From: Scenedesmus sp. PABB004
Taxonomy: Eukaryota
DNA length: 36,851 nucleotides
NCBI GenBank assembly: GCA_014905635.1
Contig: JABVCE010000008.1
Location: 1,426,001-1,462,851 of the forward strand
Reading direction: 5' to 3'
In this document: piece after piece, positions 34,479-36,851 of the stretch
How positions within the stretch are numbered: the stretch's first letter is position 1
How the letters are laid out: the number at the start of each line of letters is the position of its first letter
Notes under the pieces: model-generated
Databases searched by the model: none
Told to the model about the DNA's origin: nothing
The model's input: only the letters and a program-made list of their open reading frames with translations
Made by a program: the position numbers and the translations under genes

Positions 34479-34751
34479 TGCGCGGCACGCGGCGCCGCGC
34501 CTGCCCGTCACCGCCACGATGGCGGCGGTGAGCGGGTGCGCACCACCACACAAGTCATCCTGCTGTACACAAGCATGTGTGGGGCTCGCGACCATGTGCG
34601 CTCTACAGCCGCACCCCGGCGCGGCGGCCGAGGGGGCAAAATCAGTCAGCCAGCCAGTCAGTCAGTCAAAAAGCCAACTCAGCGCGCGCGCCCGCGCCTG
34701 CAGTCCCGGCGCGGCGCGTGCGCGTGCAATGAAAGCCCCACCGCTCTGCAC

Positions 34752-35835
34752 CTAGGGCTTGCGAGCCTGCAGGCCAGCGAGCGCAAAGTCGCTGGGCAGC
34801 GCGCTCTCCTGGGAGGCCAGGCGCGCGTACAGGAGGCCGCTGCTGGCGGCCGCCTTGGCGCTGCCGGCCTGGCCCGCCGCCTGGGGCTGCTGCCGCTCAA
34901 GGTCGGCGCTGACGGCTTGCCGGATGGCGTCCTGGGCGGCGGTCAGGCCCAGCGACGCGCGGTCGCTGCGCTCCAGCGCCGACTGCTGCAGCAGGCGCCG
35001 CGCGCCGCCGTCGACCGCCTCGGCGGCCAGGCGCGGAGCGCTCCAGCGCAGGGCGTCGACGCGCTCGGGGCTGTCGCGCCATGCGCTGTCCGGGCGCTCC
35101 GGGTCCTGCAGCAGGCGCCGCGCGCCGCCGTCGCGCACGGCCGAGTCAAACTCGCGCTGGCCCGTGCTCTCGGCGGTGGACAGCAGCGCCGCCTTGGTGC
35201 CGACGGCCGTGGCGAGCGAGGCGTGCAGGCTGGCGGCGGCCTTGGCGATGGCGTCGCTGGTGTGCTGCAGCGCGTTGATGGTGCGGTCGCCGGCGTCATA
35301 CCAGGTGGTGCCGCCCACGGAGCGCCGCGCGCTGCCGCCGTTGCCGGGCTTGCCGCCGCCGCCGCCCTGAAGGAGGCGGCGGGCGCCACCACTGCTGCGG
35401 GCGGCCGCGTCGAGCTCGCCCAGGCCGGCGCCCTCGTCCGTTGCCAGCAGCGCGGCCTTGGAGCCGACCGCGGCGGCGAGCGAGGCGTGCAGGCTGGTGG
35501 CGGCGTCGGCGATGGCGCTGGCGACGAGCTGCTGCGCGGCGATGGTGCGGTCGCTGTCGTAGGAGGTCATGCCGCCCGTGGAGCGCCGCGCGTCGTCACC
35601 GCCGCCGGGGCTTGTCAGCGGCGGCCAGGCCTGCGTGCGGGGCGGCGCGGCACGGCGAGCGGGGGGTCAGCGGGTGCGCCTGGCGCGAGCGGCGGCGCTG
35701 CTACAGCGCAGGCGCACGCGGCAGTCGCGCTGAGGCGCGGCGCGGCAGGCCAGCAGCGCGCCGGCGCTCACCTGCCAGGCTGGTGACGAGCAGCAGCGCG
35801 ACCGCGGCGGAGGCGGCGAGCGTGGGGCGCGCCAT
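34752..35835 (-). CDS. Secreted repeat precursor with three GGARRLLQ motifs; exons 35835-35772 and 35630-34752; apparent +1 frameshift at 35607-35610
   Basis: Signal peptide MARPTLAASAAVALLLVTSLAGLAAA, donor G|GTGAGC, branch CTGAC and CAG acceptor. Removing one C from CCCC joins it to the 272-aa ORF. Confidence 0.65.
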
Positions 35836-36455
35836 GCCGGTGGTGAGCAGTGGGCGTGAGGCCAAGCGCGATCTCTATGCGAGCTTGAGCGATCGAGGTC
35901 GAGGCGAGTGAGCAGGAGGCTGCTGGTGAGCGAGGGTGCTTGAGCTGTCTGCTTGAGAGAGCTGAGTGGTGAGGCTGGCGCCCATCGCGCCCTATATGCT
36001 CCGGGGGAGGCCACCGAGCGGTCGCGGTAAGGGCGGGGGCAACAGGCGGGTCACCGCCGGCCCAAGCGGACCAAGGCGGTCAGCGGCGGTCCGCTCGGAC
36101 CTGATGGTCCTTGGAGAGTGCTCAAAGAAGTTCCAGGGACCGCCGTCGCTCCGCCGCAGGCGTGAGACGGGCGCGCATCACGGGCCCGCATCACGGGCGT
36201 GCATCACGGACGGCCGGCGGGCCCAGCGGCGGCGGCCGCCGCGGCGGCAGCGGGCAGCGCTGCCGCTGCGCCCCGCGCGCCGCGCCGCGCGCCGCGCGGT
36301 CGGGCGGGCGGAACCGCGCTGCTGCTGCTCGGCTGGTCAGCCGGCGGCGTTACAGCGGCGACAGAACTCGGGCCCGGCGCGGCGGCTGGGCGGGGGCGGT
36401 GGGCGGGACGCTGCCAGCGGGGCGGCACCACCAGTTGGCTGCAGCTGCTGCGGGT

Positions 36456-36851
36456 CGAGCGGTGCTGCAACAGGCACCGCCGCGCGGCTGGCGCGCTGGG
36501 GAACTGCGGCGGGCTGCGGCCGGCGCGCGCGCGCACGTGGGCCAAGAGGCAGTTACCAGTTGGCGATCGCAGCCACCCAACCCTTGCCGCGACGCGGCTT
36601 CGCAAACCGACTGAATTCACCCCCACCCGCCGACAGCGTCACACAACTCCGCAGCAAGCAACGGCCAGCAAGCACATGGCTATGGTGCTGCCAATCCCAA
36701 CGGTGCGCGGCCTGCCCCGCCCCAGCGCCATGCGCGCGCCTCTTTTGCAGAGGCTGCGGAGCGCATGCGCGCACAACAGGGGGGTCAGCACAGCGCGCGT
36801 TGTGCACAAGCGGCGGCAGGCAAGCCGAGTCAACAGCTGCACAACCCATCC
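36456..36851. repeat. Direct repeat, copy 2 (runs off the window)
   Basis: Starts 2,384 bp after copy 1. Confidence 0.95.

Noticed and set aside
34072..36851. LTR retrotransposon
   Set aside because: The interior encodes a secreted protein with no gag/pol, PBS or PPT evident; tandem duplication is simpler.

Overview
This is a very GC-rich, intron-dense eukaryotic nuclear region, most consistent with a chlorophycean green alga (TGTAA poly(A) signals, GT/GC-AG introns with GC-rich interiors, plastid transit peptides). Most long ORFs in the supplied track are GC artefacts or read through introns, so gene models were rebuilt by hand from splice signals. Genes: a 71-aa orphan, an AlkB-like dioxygenase fragment abutting an oppositely oriented Cys/His repeat ORF, a 21-exon pTAC3/PAP1-like PPR+SAP gene, PAQR/hemolysin-III, NAA20, UBLCP1, B9D2-like, a secreted GDPD, a ~1,970-aa coiled-coil protein, two tandem plastid paralogs, a secreted jacalin-like repeat glycoprotein and a frameshifted secreted RRLLQ-repeat precursor. 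Main non-coding signals: three near-identical 93-nt box C/D snoRNA-like RNAs in two introns of the pTAC3-like gene, a 365-bp MITE with a perfect 8-bp target-site duplication, a ~400-bp direct repeat at the right end, and about 6 of 49 modelled introns using GC donors. Family assignments come from recalled motifs, not database searches.
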